Source: Nitrospinaceae bacterium (GTDB taxonomy: Bacteria; Nitrospinota; Nitrospinia; Nitrospinales; VA-1). From it: a stretch of DNA of 53,665 nucleotides. Below are positions 1 through 11,522 of this stretch, one piece after another. The notes under the pieces were generated by a model, which did not search any database, had not been told where the DNA came from, and saw only the letters and a program-made list of their open reading frames with translations. Each line of letters begins with the position of its first letter. Positions within the stretch are counted from its first letter, which is position 1. The stretch spans positions 1 through 53,665 of the forward strand of contig JBHHVU010000017.1 in the NCBI GenBank assembly GCA_046754465.1, read 5' to 3'. Position numbers and translations under genes: made by a program.

Positions 1-2304
1 GGCTACTTCCTGGGCTCTGGAAACATGGGCAATCCCGTGTGCTTTGCCGGCGCCCCGGCGGGCAATTGTCCGCCCACCGAGGTCCAGGTGCAAAAGCCGG
101 AGATGGAACGCCGATTTGCCCCCGGTGTGCATATCTACGTGGGGAACGACCCCACGCTTCCCGGACACAACCCCGGCTTTTTGCCTCTCACTTTACCCTA
201 TACTTTCGGCCAGGGAAAATTCAAGTTTGAGGCGGACTGGTCCTTGATCCCCACCATTGCCCCCATGGCTAACGGTGTGGTTCAGCCCGGGCAGATTCTG
301 CCCAACAACGCCCCGGTGATCAATCCTCCGGGCGGGCTGGCCTTCAACCTTCCCCAGGGTTATCACCTCATGACCGCGTCCTTCCCGGGATCGCCCCTGA
401 CCTCAGGAGGATCCTTCAGCGTCTCCCCCGGCGATATTCTGACCGTCACCGGCCAAAACTTCGGGGACCGGAGAGGTTACGGAACCGCCAGTTTATCGGG
501 CAGGAAACTTCCCGTCAAAAAATGGCGGGATACGGAGATCCGCGTCAAGATCCCCAACAACGCCGTGAGCGGACCGCTCCTGGTGGCAAACTCCACGGGA
601 ATATCCAATACCGTTTGGGTTGATGTCGCCTACCCGTCTTACCGGGCGGCGTACATGGCCGCCCGCACGGTCTATGTCGACGCGGCCAATACCGGCACCG
701 AGGACGGCAGTGCGCTCCACCCCTGGAGTACGATCAGCGAGGCATTGAATCATTTGCCCGCGGCGGCCCCCCGGTATGTCTTCGTTGCTCCCGGAACCTA
801 TGTCGAGCAGGTGCGAATTCCGGTATCGAACGTGCGCATAATCGGGTCGGGTCCCATGGAAACCGCCGTGCTGGGTCCGCGCAGCGTGGAAATTCCCGGC
901 GTGTCCGGTTTTGACGGTTCCGGTCCGGTTTTCAAGGTCGGTGTGGATGATTTGAACGGGGATGTCAGCAACATCCTCATCAGCGGCATGACCATAGCCT
1001 ACGGCAGCGTCAAGGAAGAGACCGGGGCCGGGATCTATGGCGGCCTCCATATCACCCACCTCGACATCAATAACAACATGATCATTTGGAACGGCGGCTG
1101 TTATGGAGGGGGAATCTCCCTTCACAAAACCACTCACAACCTGGACATCTGGTCCAACGTGGTGGCGGAGAACGGCAACGCCTGCGGTTTTGGGGGCGGG
1201 ATCAGCGTGGACGACGAGCCCGAGGATCCCAACCTTCCGGATCCGGGCCAGCCGGAACACGTGGTGGACGACTTCAACATGAGTCCGCCGCCGGGCATCA
1301 TTAATATCTTCAACAATCTGGTTTTCCACAACTGGTCGGCAGACTCGGGCGGGGCCATCACTCTGTACGAGACCAAAGACGGTCTCAACGTCTACGGCAA
1401 CATGATCGTGGAAAACAAGGCCGAAGACCACGGTGGAGCCATGTTCTTCGAGGATTCTGGACCCATCAATCTTTATGGGAATGTTTTCCTGCGGAACTTC
1501 TGCTACGACGACGGTGGCGCCGTCAGTTTCGAGGATGTGGGCGATTTGCTATCCATGGTCTGGGTATACAACAACCTGTTCGCCCAGAACATTGCCGATG
1601 ACCATGGAGAAAACCACGCCCGTGGTGGCGCCCTGGCATTCGACGATACATTCCAGGGCTATGTCTACAACAACACCCTTGTGGGCAACATCGTCGCGGG
1701 AAGCGAGGATCCGGCGGGGGGTGCGATCGACAGCGAGCGCAACGGCCACGAGTACAACGGCACCGATGGCCCCCTCATTTTCCCCGGATACAGCGACCCG
1801 ATGATCTACAACAATGTTATCTGGAATAACTGGAAGCTCGCCTACAATCAGCCCAACGAGGGCAAGGAAGAAGACCTCGATTATACGTTTGGCGAGAACT
1901 ACCAGTGGACTCCGGATGAGTTGCATGTGGACAATCCCGAAGTGCAGGGCGAGTGGGAAACCGCCAAAAACTCCCTCAGCTTCAGTTTCGTCTTTCAAAA
2001 CGATATCCAGGGTGGGTACAACGCTTACGGATACGAAGGAGCGAATCTGGACACGAATCCCCTGTTCTTCGATCCTCAGGCCCTGGACTGGCATCTCCAA
2101 TCAGGATCTCCGGTGATCAATGGAGCGGATTCCTGGTCGGCCCCCAAGAAAGACCTAGATAATCTGAAGCGCCATTCGAGGGATTATATGGTCGACATGG
2201 GAGCCTACGAGTTTCATTGGAATCAGCCCGACCTCATCCGCATTCCGGAGGGAATCCTGGGCAATGTTCCGATTCCTACTCCCGGCAGCACATCGCTCAA
2301 CTGA
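1..2304 (+). CDS. Large, probably extracellular protein: IPT/TIG-like domain plus right-handed parallel beta-helix (GGA[I/L/V] repeats); may be 5'-partial
   Basis: Frame is open from position 1. 'PGDILTVTGQNFG...WRDTEIRVKIP' is IPT-like; 'VYVDAANTGTEDGSALHPWSTISEAL...VAPGTY' is a DUF1565/pectin-lyase-like cap; repeated GGGI/GGAI/GGAV motifs; C-terminal 'DWHLQSGSPVINGA...DMGAYEF'. Confidence 0.65.
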   Translation, partial: GYFLGSGNMGNPVCFAGAPAGNCPPTEVQVQKPEMERRFAPGVHIYVGNDPTLPGHNPGFLPLTLPYTFGQGKFKFEADWSLIPTIAPMANGVVQPGQILPNNAPVINPPGGLAFNLPQGYHLMTASFPGSPLTSGGSFSVSPGDILTVTGQNFGDRRGYGTASLSGRKLPVKKWRDTEIRVKIPNNAVSGPLLVANSTGISNTVWVDVAYPSYRAAYMAARTVYVDAANTGTEDGSALHPWSTISEALNHLPAAAPRYVFVAPGTYVEQVRIPVSNVRIIGSGPMETAVLGPRSVEIPGVSGFDGSGPVFKVGVDDLNGDVSNILISGMTIAYGSVKEETGAGIYGGLHITHLDINNNMIIWNGGCYGGGISLHKTTHNLDIWSNVVAENGNACGFGGGISVDDEPEDPNLPDPGQPEHVVDDFNMSPPPGIINIFNNLVFHNWSADSGGAITLYETKDGLNVYGNMIVENKAEDHGGAMFFEDSGPINLYGNVFLRNFCYDDGGAVSFEDVGDLLSMVWVYNNLFAQNIADDHGENHARGGALAFDDTFQGYVYNNTLVGNIVAGSEDPAGGAIDSERNGHEYNGTDGPLIFPGYSDPMIYNNVIWNNWKLAYNQPNEGKEEDLDYTFGENYQWTPDELHVDNPEVQGEWETAKNSLSFSFVFQNDIQGGYNAYGYEGANLDTNPLFFDPQALDWHLQSGSPVINGADSWSAPKKDLDNLKRHSRDYMVDMGAYEFHWNQPDLIRIPEGILGNVPIPTPGSTSLN

Positions 2305-2354
2305 GTCAGGGAGGCGAATCCGACGGAGCAGGCATCAATTCTAGGCTTGAAGAT

Positions 2355-2391
2355 ACGGGGCCTCGCCGCAAGCGGCGGGGCCTCGTTTTTT
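2355..2391 (+). terminator. Intrinsic terminator
   Basis: GC-rich stem ACGGGGCCTCGCCGC-AA-GCGGCGGGGCCTCGT followed by a T run, between convergent genes. Confidence 0.8.
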
Positions 2392-2447
2392 CCAACGAGT
2401 CCGGAACTGATACTCCCAGGGCAGAATCTTCCTTGGGGGTAAAGGAT

Positions 2448-4523
<2,076 letters not shown>

Positions 4524-5912
4524 TTAAGGTTCCAGCGTGACATAATATCCGTTTCGCCCCCGCTGCACCAGCAGGAGGACGCTGTCACGACCGGATCCGT
4601 CGATAATGGCCTTATTGAAGTCCTCGAAATTTTCTATCGTGGTCTGATTGACTTGGCGGATCACATCGCCGGGGCTAATACCGATTCGCCCTCCTTCCCC
4701 GTCAGGGGTCACCTGGGTGACTACCACTCCCTGGCGGGTGAGCAGCCGGTAGCGGCGGACGAACTCCTCATCGATGCCGTGAACCCGCAATCCCAGCCAG
4801 TTGAGGGTGAATTCGGCGACCTGCCGTTTCGGGATGGAGGTTATCTTCACCTTAATGTTTTTGATCTTGCCATCCCGAAGCAGGGAAAACCGGACCGAGT
4901 TTCCCACGGAATAGGAAGCGATTCTTTGCTTGTATTCCTGTTTTTTACTGATCTCGTGGTTGTCCAGTTTCAGGATGACGTCGCCCCGCCTCACGCCCGC
5001 CTTTTGGGCGGGGCTTCCCTTGAACACCCGGGTAACCAGAACACCGTAAGACCGGTCCATTTTGAAAAATTGCACCAGCTCGGGAGTCATGTCCTGAACG
5101 GAAACCCCCAACCACCCGCGCCGCACTTGACCGAAACTGATCAAATCCGAAACAACGCGCTTGGCGTTGTCGATGGGAATGGCGAAACCGATTCCCTCGG
5201 CTTTCTGGTAAATGGCGGTGGTGATTCCAATGAGGGATCCATTGATATTGAGTAAAGGCCCGCCGCTGTTTCCCGGGTTGACGGAGGCATCGACCTGAAT
5301 GAAATCCTGATAGATCGCGTTTTTGCCCGCTTGAACGGTGCGATTGAGCGCGCTGATGATTCCACTGGTGACCGTATGCTGAAGGCCGAAGGGATTGCCG
5401 ATCGCAAGAATCGTTTCCCCGATCATCAGGTCATCGGAGCGCCCCATTTTCACGTAGGGGAGGGGTTTCCGGGATTCGATTTTGACCACGGCGAGGTCCG
5501 ACTTTCGATCGGCCCCGACCAGGTGCGCGTCGAACTCCCTTTTGTCGATCAGGGTCACCTTGATGCGGACGGCCTTACCGATAACATGCTCGTTGGTGAG
5601 GATATAACCTTGAGGATTGATGATTACCCCGGACCCCAAACTGCGTCTTTGGGCATTGTAGTTGGGGAAAAAATCCTTGAAAAAGCGGTCGAAAACATCA
5701 TTTCCGAAATTCCGGAACGGGTTGACGATGTTCCGGGCCTCTTCCTCGGTATAAATGTTGACCACGGCGGGGCCCACTTTTTCCACGGCCACGACCAGCG
5801 GCGTGCGCCGTTTGAATTCGCTCTTGGAAAGGGCCGGGCTAAAACTCAGGAGAAGGGAACCAATCAGGAAGACGATCAGGAAAACAGGCCTTCGGGTCGA
5901 AATAAAATGCAT
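4524..5912 (-). CDS. HtrA/DegQ-family periplasmic serine protease with two PDZ domains
   Basis: Signal peptide; TNEHV, DLAVVK and DASVNPGNSGG catalytic triad motifs; two PDZ domains. Confidence 0.93.
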   Translation of the reverse strand: MHFISTRRPVFLIVFLIGSLLLSFSPALSKSEFKRRTPLVVAVEKVGPAVVNIYTEEEARNIVNPFRNFGNDVFDRFFKDFFPNYNAQRRSLGSGVIINPQGYILTNEHVIGKAVRIKVTLIDKREFDAHLVGADRKSDLAVVKIESRKPLPYVKMGRSDDLMIGETILAIGNPFGLQHTVTSGIISALNRTVQAGKNAIYQDFIQVDASVNPGNSGGPLLNINGSLIGITTAIYQKAEGIGFAIPIDNAKRVVSDLISFGQVRRGWLGVSVQDMTPELVQFFKMDRSYGVLVTRVFKGSPAQKAGVRRGDVILKLDNHEISKKQEYKQRIASYSVGNSVRFSLLRDGKIKNIKVKITSIPKRQVAEFTLNWLGLRVHGIDEEFVRRYRLLTRQGVVVTQVTPDGEGGRIGISPGDVIRQVNQTTIENFEDFNKAIIDGSGRDSVLLLVQRGRNGYYVTLEP

Positions 5913-6011
5913 GGGCGTGCCGGGAAACGGGATGGCGGCCCGGAGAGAGGGCCGCCATCATTTTGAATACAAAGGAAGGATTCTTAAAACCGTTGAGGCG
6001 AATTCAAAACC

Positions 6012-7478
6012 TCATCCAACTTTCACGGCAATATAAATGGTGGTTCCACCGCGCCGAACGAGGAACAACATGGTATTCCCCTTTTTGTCGCTGGTGGCCG
6101 CCTTGCGGTAATCCTGGACCGATTTCACGGGTTTGCGATTGATTTCGGTGATCACATCTCCCCTGCGGATCCCCGCTTCCGCGGCGGTGCCCCCGGCGGT
6201 CACATCCGATACCAGGACTCCATCGGTGGAATCGAGTTGCAGACTTTGCATGAGTTCCGGAGTGATGTCCTGGACCTGAAGCCCCAGGGGATCCCGTTTG
6301 GCCAGCTGAATCGATTCCGAATCCTTAAGAACATCGACGGTGACGGGAAATACTTTCTTTTTGCCGTCTCGAATCACTTCGACATCCACGGTGGTTCCCG
6401 GCGAGGTCGAGGCAACGATCTTGGGAAGAATTTCCATTTCCCTGATTTTTCTTTTATTGAATTTCAAAATGACATCGCCGCGTTTGATCCCTGCCTTTTC
6501 GGCGGGCCCGTCCGGGATGACATCGCCCACCAGGGCGCCCTCATTGTCTTTCAACCCAAACGACTTCGCGAGGTCGGGCGTGATCTTCTGGATCATGACC
6601 CCCAGCCAGCCACGGGTCACGGTCCCTTTCTCTTTCAGATCCTTGAGAATATTTTTTGCCACATTGATGGGGATAGCGAAACCGATGCCGACGTTCCCCC
6701 CTGTGTTTCCGGAGATGATGGCGGTATTCATGCCGATGACTTCTCCCTTGATGTTGATCAGGGGCCCGCCACTGTTTCCGGGATTGATGGAGGCATCGGT
6801 CTGGATGAATTCATCGTAGGGGCCCGCACCGATGTTGCGGCTCAGGGCGCTCACCACCCCCACGGTAACGGTATGGCTCAATCCAAAAGGATTGCCAATG
6901 GCCATCACCCACTCGCCGACCTCCAGATTTCCCGAATCTCCCAAATGCAAATGAGGGAAGGGCTTGGCCTTATCCTCGCCGTCGCGGGAAATTTTTATCA
7001 ATGCGATATCGGTTTTGGCATCATACCCGATCAGTTTAGCCGGGTATTCCTTTTCATCCTCGACCAGGACAACGATTTCGTCCGCCCCTTCCACCACATG
7101 GTAATTGGTCAGAATATGCCCGTCCGCATCGATGATAAACCCGGACCCCATCCCCCGCCGGGGGCGTTCCGGACGCTGCCCGAAAAATCGATCGTAGAAA
7201 TCCTTGAACGGATCGGGAAATTGCCTGGAGGGGGGTTGTTGAAAGTTCTTGGCGAACGGTTTTGTTTTGGCTTTGGTGCTCACGTTCACCACCGCCGGAT
7301 TTTGCTTTTTGGCGATATCAACGAAAATGTTGCTTGCCAGGGGAACTTTGTCACTGCTCAGCCCATAGGCCTTGCCAATGACGGATGAAAATACTCCCTC
7401 GCCTGTCAGGGAAACAGGAAGATTCATCATAACGGCAAGGAAAACCACGCTAACGAATTTGACGCTTTTTGAAATCAT
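6012..7478 (-). CDS. HtrA/DegP/DegQ-family periplasmic serine protease with two PDZ domains
   Basis: TNYHV, DIALIK and QTDASINPGNSGG motifs; two PDZ domains; GAGAGG RBS before the ATG. Confidence 0.94.
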   Translation of the reverse strand: MISKSVKFVSVVFLAVMMNLPVSLTGEGVFSSVIGKAYGLSSDKVPLASNIFVDIAKKQNPAVVNVSTKAKTKPFAKNFQQPPSRQFPDPFKDFYDRFFGQRPERPRRGMGSGFIIDADGHILTNYHVVEGADEIVVLVEDEKEYPAKLIGYDAKTDIALIKISRDGEDKAKPFPHLHLGDSGNLEVGEWVMAIGNPFGLSHTVTVGVVSALSRNIGAGPYDEFIQTDASINPGNSGGPLINIKGEVIGMNTAIISGNTGGNVGIGFAIPINVAKNILKDLKEKGTVTRGWLGVMIQKITPDLAKSFGLKDNEGALVGDVIPDGPAEKAGIKRGDVILKFNKRKIREMEILPKIVASTSPGTTVDVEVIRDGKKKVFPVTVDVLKDSESIQLAKRDPLGLQVQDITPELMQSLQLDSTDGVLVSDVTAGGTAAEAGIRRGDVITEINRKPVKSVQDYRKAATSDKKGNTMLFLVRRGGTTIYIAVKVG

Positions 7479-8081
7479 GTGTCAACCTCTCACTTAGACG
7501 GATCCAATCAGGAAAGTTATCGGACTCAATGGGAATAATCGTTAAACTAAATTCATGGCGGCCGAATTATAATTCCAGCCCATGATAAGATCTTCAGGAA
7601 AACTCTTTAATCCGTATTCCTCATTCCTTCAGGAACCGACTTTAACAAAATGATATTAAAAACGAATTAAATGATGATTAATTTTTCTTAATTTATCCTT
7701 ACAGAGGCCGTCTGCGGGAGTTGATTGAAGTCAAGAATGGCGGATCCGGCGCTCTCGGGATGCGGCATTTTTCGATGAAGCCGGAAACCACCTCGCTCCG
7801 CAGGCTTCCCGGATAGCCTTCACCGAAAAATCAATTTAACAGAAAACACGGTTGGACCCGTTTGCCATCCGCCGATCGAGTTTTTGGATTTGCGAAAAAT
7901 GGGAATATTTATGTAAGTCCAACTCGGCAAGGAAGCAGCCGCTGTTTCTTTAACCCCTGAAGAAATTTTCGATCCGGCCCAACCCAGAGGGAAAAATAAT
8001 TAGGTCACTATTCATTATATAGGGGCCGTGTCTTTTTTTTCAACCTCATTTTGCCCCGCTTTCCCTGCAAGGAAATACTTA

Positions 8082-8110
8082 TTGACTCACTGCTGGAGAT
8101 AAAAGATAAT
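8082..8110 (+). promoter_or_regulatory. Sigma70-type promoter
   Basis: TTGACT-17 nt-GATAAT immediately upstream of the structured RNA candidate. Confidence 0.6.
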
Positions 8111-8124
8111 CAAATCAACCTTTA

Positions 8125-8314
8125 GGACCTTGTCCCGAAGGCTCGCCGGGGTGCGGGAGGTTAAAAAATTTCCCACGGGTTCGGGGGGGGTTGGGCGCAA
8201 TTCGATCCCGATTCCGGTCCCAACGGAAAGCAAAAATCCAGATATCACCTCATGGCACAATTGATTCCCTAAAACCTTCCTTCCCGCCGGCTGAATATTG
8301 ACGGGTCAAGGTTC
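8125..8314 (+). ncRNA. Candidate 6S RNA (long irregular rod with central bubble)
   Basis: GGACCTTGTCCCG (8125-8137) pairs with CGGGTCAAGGTTC (8302-8314). GCCGG...GGAGGTT pairs with AACCTTCC...CCGGC. Unpaired A/U-rich central bubble; inner GTTGGG/CCCAAC stem; about 190 nt; sigma70 promoter directly upstream. Confidence 0.55.
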
Positions 8315-8383
8315 AGCACATGATTTTCCTATGCCCGATCTTCCTGAAACGAAGAACTCCTTTTTGATCCACCGGGCAAATTC

Positions 8384-8584
8384 ATGAGTCTTTTTCTTGC
8401 GGCCTTGGGACTGATGATGGTGTTCGAAGGGATTGCCTATTTCTGCACCCCTTCGTTGGTAAAGACCCTTGCGCAAAAGATTCCGGATATTCCCAATCCC
8501 ACATTGCGGATTATCGGATTCTGTCTCATGCTAATCGGATTATTGATCGCATATCTCGGGAGGTCCATCGCTGAAAATGGATAA
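8384..8584 (+). CDS. DUF2065 (YjeT-like) small membrane protein
   Basis: 66 aa, two hydrophobic helices, 'ALGLMMVFEGI...LRIIG' pattern. Confidence 0.8.
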   Translation: MSLFLAALGLMMVFEGIAYFCTPSLVKTLAQKIPDIPNPTLRIIGFCLMLIGLLIAYLGRSIAENG

Positions 8585-9011
8585 TCGAAAATTTTCCCTT
8601 GCACTGGCTTTGACGGCATCACTTTATTTGATCGTTTTAACCGGTTGCGCCGGAAGACACAATGCCGATAAGGCCTCCGACCCGGCCGCCAAATTCTCGG
8701 ACGTGGCCTACCCCTTTACCGACGTACCGGTTCCTAACGGATTCAGCGTGGACCGGGAAAAGTCGTTTATCTACGAGTCGGGCAGCGGCAAGATCAAAGT
8801 GGGCCGCTTGTATTATTCGGGATGGAACAATTCCCAGGAAGTGGTCAACTATTACCAGAACGTCATGATCAATAAAGGATGGAAGTTGGTCAACGCCATG
8901 GAACATGCCGGGATGATTTTGAATTATGAAAAAAAAGGGTGGGCATGCACGCTGATCGTGACCGAGTCCTGGTTCAAAACCCATGTGGAAATTCAAATCG
9001 GGCCCAGATAA
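8577..9011 (+). CDS. Hypothetical lipoprotein
   Basis: Lipobox LTGC after a hydrophobic signal; overlaps the upstream stop. Confidence 0.75.
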   Translation: MDNRKFSLALALTASLYLIVLTGCAGRHNADKASDPAAKFSDVAYPFTDVPVPNGFSVDREKSFIYESGSGKIKVGRLYYSGWNNSQEVVNYYQNVMINKGWKLVNAMEHAGMILNYEKKGWACTLIVTESWFKTHVEIQIGPR

Positions 9012-9101
9012 GGGTCCGCGAAAACCGGTGATGCCCCCCGTCAACAATCGGCAAGGCTGTTCCCATGAACCCCACCCCGTTTCGGAAAAATTTTCTTTTC
9101 C

Positions 9102-9881
9102 ATGATCCATCCCGCCGGAAATCCCGTCATGACTGAAAAAGGCCTTTCCCCCCGGCAGCTCATACTGGATTTTCCAACGCACCCCGCGTTCACCTTTTCC
9201 AATTTCGTCGTATCGGACGGATCCCGTTTCGCGTTTGACGCCGCAAGACGGATTTGCAGTTCCCAACCCACCGGCTACCACTCGCTTTACCTTTACGGAG
9301 ATAAAAACCTTGGGAAAACCCACCTGTTAATGTCCATCGGAAACCATGTCGCCGAGCACCTGCCGGGCCAAAAAGTTTTGTACATTCACGGTCCCGACTT
9401 TTTCCGTAAAGTCGGCGAGGGGGATCCTCTGGAAATCCACGAGACGGTCACCCGGCTGCTGGACGTGGACTTCTTTCTGCTAGACGACGTGGACGGGATT
9501 TGCGGCAAACCGGCAGCGCAGGAAAAGCTTTACCACATCTACAACACGCTGGCCGAAAAGGAAAAAAAAGCCGTCTTCACCGGCCATGCCCGCCCTGAAA
9601 ATCTAACCGGAACCGAGGGCTACCTGAAATCCCGCCTGCAATGGGGCATGACCGCGGAAATCCTGCCCATCGACGACGCCACCACCGCGAAAATCATCAC
9701 TAAACTGGGAAAGGATGTGGGACTGGCGATTCCCGAAAAAATCATCGACTATCTATTGACGCGGATTCCGAGGGATTTTCTGTCTATCAAAAACACAGTG
9801 GTCAAACTCAATCGGGAATCCTACGTCCAGAAAAAGAAAGTTACCCTCTCCCTGGCGAAAGCGGCGCTGAACCTGCCTTGA
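9102..9881 (+). CDS. DnaA/Hda-family AAA+ protein (Hda-like, no DNA-binding domain IV)
   Basis: N-terminal QLILDF clamp-binding-like motif, FTFSNFVV, LYLYGDKNLGKTHLL Walker A, LLDDVD Walker B, LKSRLQWG. Start may be 9129. Confidence 0.85.
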   Translation: MIHPAGNPVMTEKGLSPRQLILDFPTHPAFTFSNFVVSDGSRFAFDAARRICSSQPTGYHSLYLYGDKNLGKTHLLMSIGNHVAEHLPGQKVLYIHGPDFFRKVGEGDPLEIHETVTRLLDVDFFLLDDVDGICGKPAAQEKLYHIYNTLAEKEKKAVFTGHARPENLTGTEGYLKSRLQWGMTAEILPIDDATTAKIITKLGKDVGLAIPEKIIDYLLTRIPRDFLSIKNTVVKLNRESYVQKKKVTLSLAKAALNLP

Positions 9882-11522
9882 GTGGAAATGGAGCCATCGC
9901 ACTTCAATATCGCGGCCACTCTGGAGCAGGTGGCAAAAAAGTCGCCGGACCTTCCCGCAGTGCGCGTCCCCTGGCAAAAAAGAGAAATCAGTTTCGCCCA
10001 GCTTCATGAAGAAAGCAGCCGGACCGCCTCCGGGCTGATCCGGCTTGGGGTGCGCCCCGGCGCCCGGTTCCTCCTCCTGGTTCCCTTCAGCATCGAATTC
10101 ATCTCCCTGACTTACGCGCTGTTCAAGGCGGGGGCGGTTCCGGTTTTGATCGATCCCGGACTGGGCCGGCAAAACATGCTGCGGTGCATCGAGGAAACTC
10201 AACCCGAAGGGATGATCGGCATCCCCCGGGCGCACGCGGTTCGAAAAATCCGGCCCCGGCCCTTCCGTTCGGTCCGCTTCGCCATCACCACCGGTAAAGG
10301 CTGGCCCTGGGGCGGGATTCCCCTGGCCCGGGTAAATCAACCGGGCGGCGGGGACTTCTCCCCGGCAGCCATCGGCCCGGAGGATCCCGCCGCCATCCTA
10401 TTTACCAGCGGCAGCACCGGCCCGCCCAAGGGCGTCCTTTACACCCACCGCATGTTTTTCCACCAGGTGGATATTTTAAAATCCACTTTCGGCATCCAAC
10501 CGGGTGAGACCGATCTGCCCACGTTTCCCCTTTTCGGCCTGTTCAGCACGAGCATGGGCATGACATGCATCCTGCCCCGAATGGATCCCACCCATCCGGC
10601 GCGGGTCGATCCGCGAAACATCGTGCAACCCATTCTGGATTACGAGATCACCAACACTTTCGGGTCTCCGGCCTTGTGGGACACGGTCAGCCGGTATTGT
10701 GCCGGCCAGGGAATCCAGTTGCCTTCCCTCAAACGGATATTGATGGCGGGGGCCCCGGCCGCGGGAACCCTGCTCAAACGTATTGAACACATCCTGATGG
10801 GGAACGCGGAGGTTTTTACCCCTTATGGGGCGACGGAGGCTTTACCCGTCACCTCGATCGGAAGCCGCGAAATTCTCGCGGAGACCTGGGAGCGTTCCGA
10901 AAAGGGTGCCGGGACCTGTGTGGGCCGTCCCGTCCCCGGAATCGAGATTAAAATCATCGGGATCAATGACGGCCCGATCCCCACTTGGGAGGACGCGCGG
11001 GAACAACCGCCGGGGAAAACCGGTGAGATCGTGGTTCGCGGCCCCTGGGTCACCCGCGAGTATTTCAACAAAACAGAAGCCACCCGGCTCGCGAAAATCG
11101 GGCAAGGGAACACTCTCTGGCACCGGATGGGGGATTTGGGATGGATGGACGATCGTGGCAGGTTATGGTTTTGCGGAAGGAAAAACCAACGGGTTCAAAC
11201 CGCCGCCGAAACCCTCTTTACCATTCCCTGCGAGGCCGTCTTCAACCGCCACCCCGAGGTCAAACGCTCCGCCCTGGTGGGGGTGGGACCCCGGGAACAA
11301 CAGAGGGCCTTCATCGTGATCGAACCGGAAAATTCCAAACGGATCCGGATGGCCCGGGACAAGGAATCGTTCACACAGGAACTTCTTGACTTGGGAAGCC
11401 GGTTCCCCCACACTCGGCAAATTAAAAAAATTCTCTTTCATCCCGATTTTCCGGTTGATGTGCGGCACAACGCGAAAATCTTCCGGGAAAAACTGGCCCG
11501 CTGGGCGGAGAAACAATCATGA
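9882..11522 (+). CDS. oleC: AMP-dependent ligase, OleC-like (beta-lactone synthetase type)
   Basis: ILFTSGSTGPPKG AMP-binding loop, TPYGATEALP, WHRMGDLG, and the OleC-type C-terminus FPVDVRHNAKIFREKLARWA. Confidence 0.75.
   Translation: MEMEPSHFNIAATLEQVAKKSPDLPAVRVPWQKREISFAQLHEESSRTASGLIRLGVRPGARFLLLVPFSIEFISLTYALFKAGAVPVLIDPGLGRQNMLRCIEETQPEGMIGIPRAHAVRKIRPRPFRSVRFAITTGKGWPWGGIPLARVNQPGGGDFSPAAIGPEDPAAILFTSGSTGPPKGVLYTHRMFFHQVDILKSTFGIQPGETDLPTFPLFGLFSTSMGMTCILPRMDPTHPARVDPRNIVQPILDYEITNTFGSPALWDTVSRYCAGQGIQLPSLKRILMAGAPAAGTLLKRIEHILMGNAEVFTPYGATEALPVTSIGSREILAETWERSEKGAGTCVGRPVPGIEIKIIGINDGPIPTWEDAREQPPGKTGEIVVRGPWVTREYFNKTEATRLAKIGQGNTLWHRMGDLGWMDDRGRLWFCGRKNQRVQTAAETLFTIPCEAVFNRHPEVKRSALVGVGPREQQRAFIVIEPENSKRIRMARDKESFTQELLDLGSRFPHTRQIKKILFHPDFPVDVRHNAKIFREKLARWAEKQS

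Noticed and set aside
7494..7519. ECF/sigmaE-like promoter for the degP-like gene (TAACTT...CGTCTAA on the minus strand)
   Set aside because: Spacer is about 1 nt short of typical ECF spacing and the implied start site would fall in the RBS; suggestive only.
9102..9881. True dnaA with adjacent oriC
   Set aside because: The protein lacks domains I and IV, there are no dnaN/gyrB neighbours, and I saw no DnaA-box cluster.
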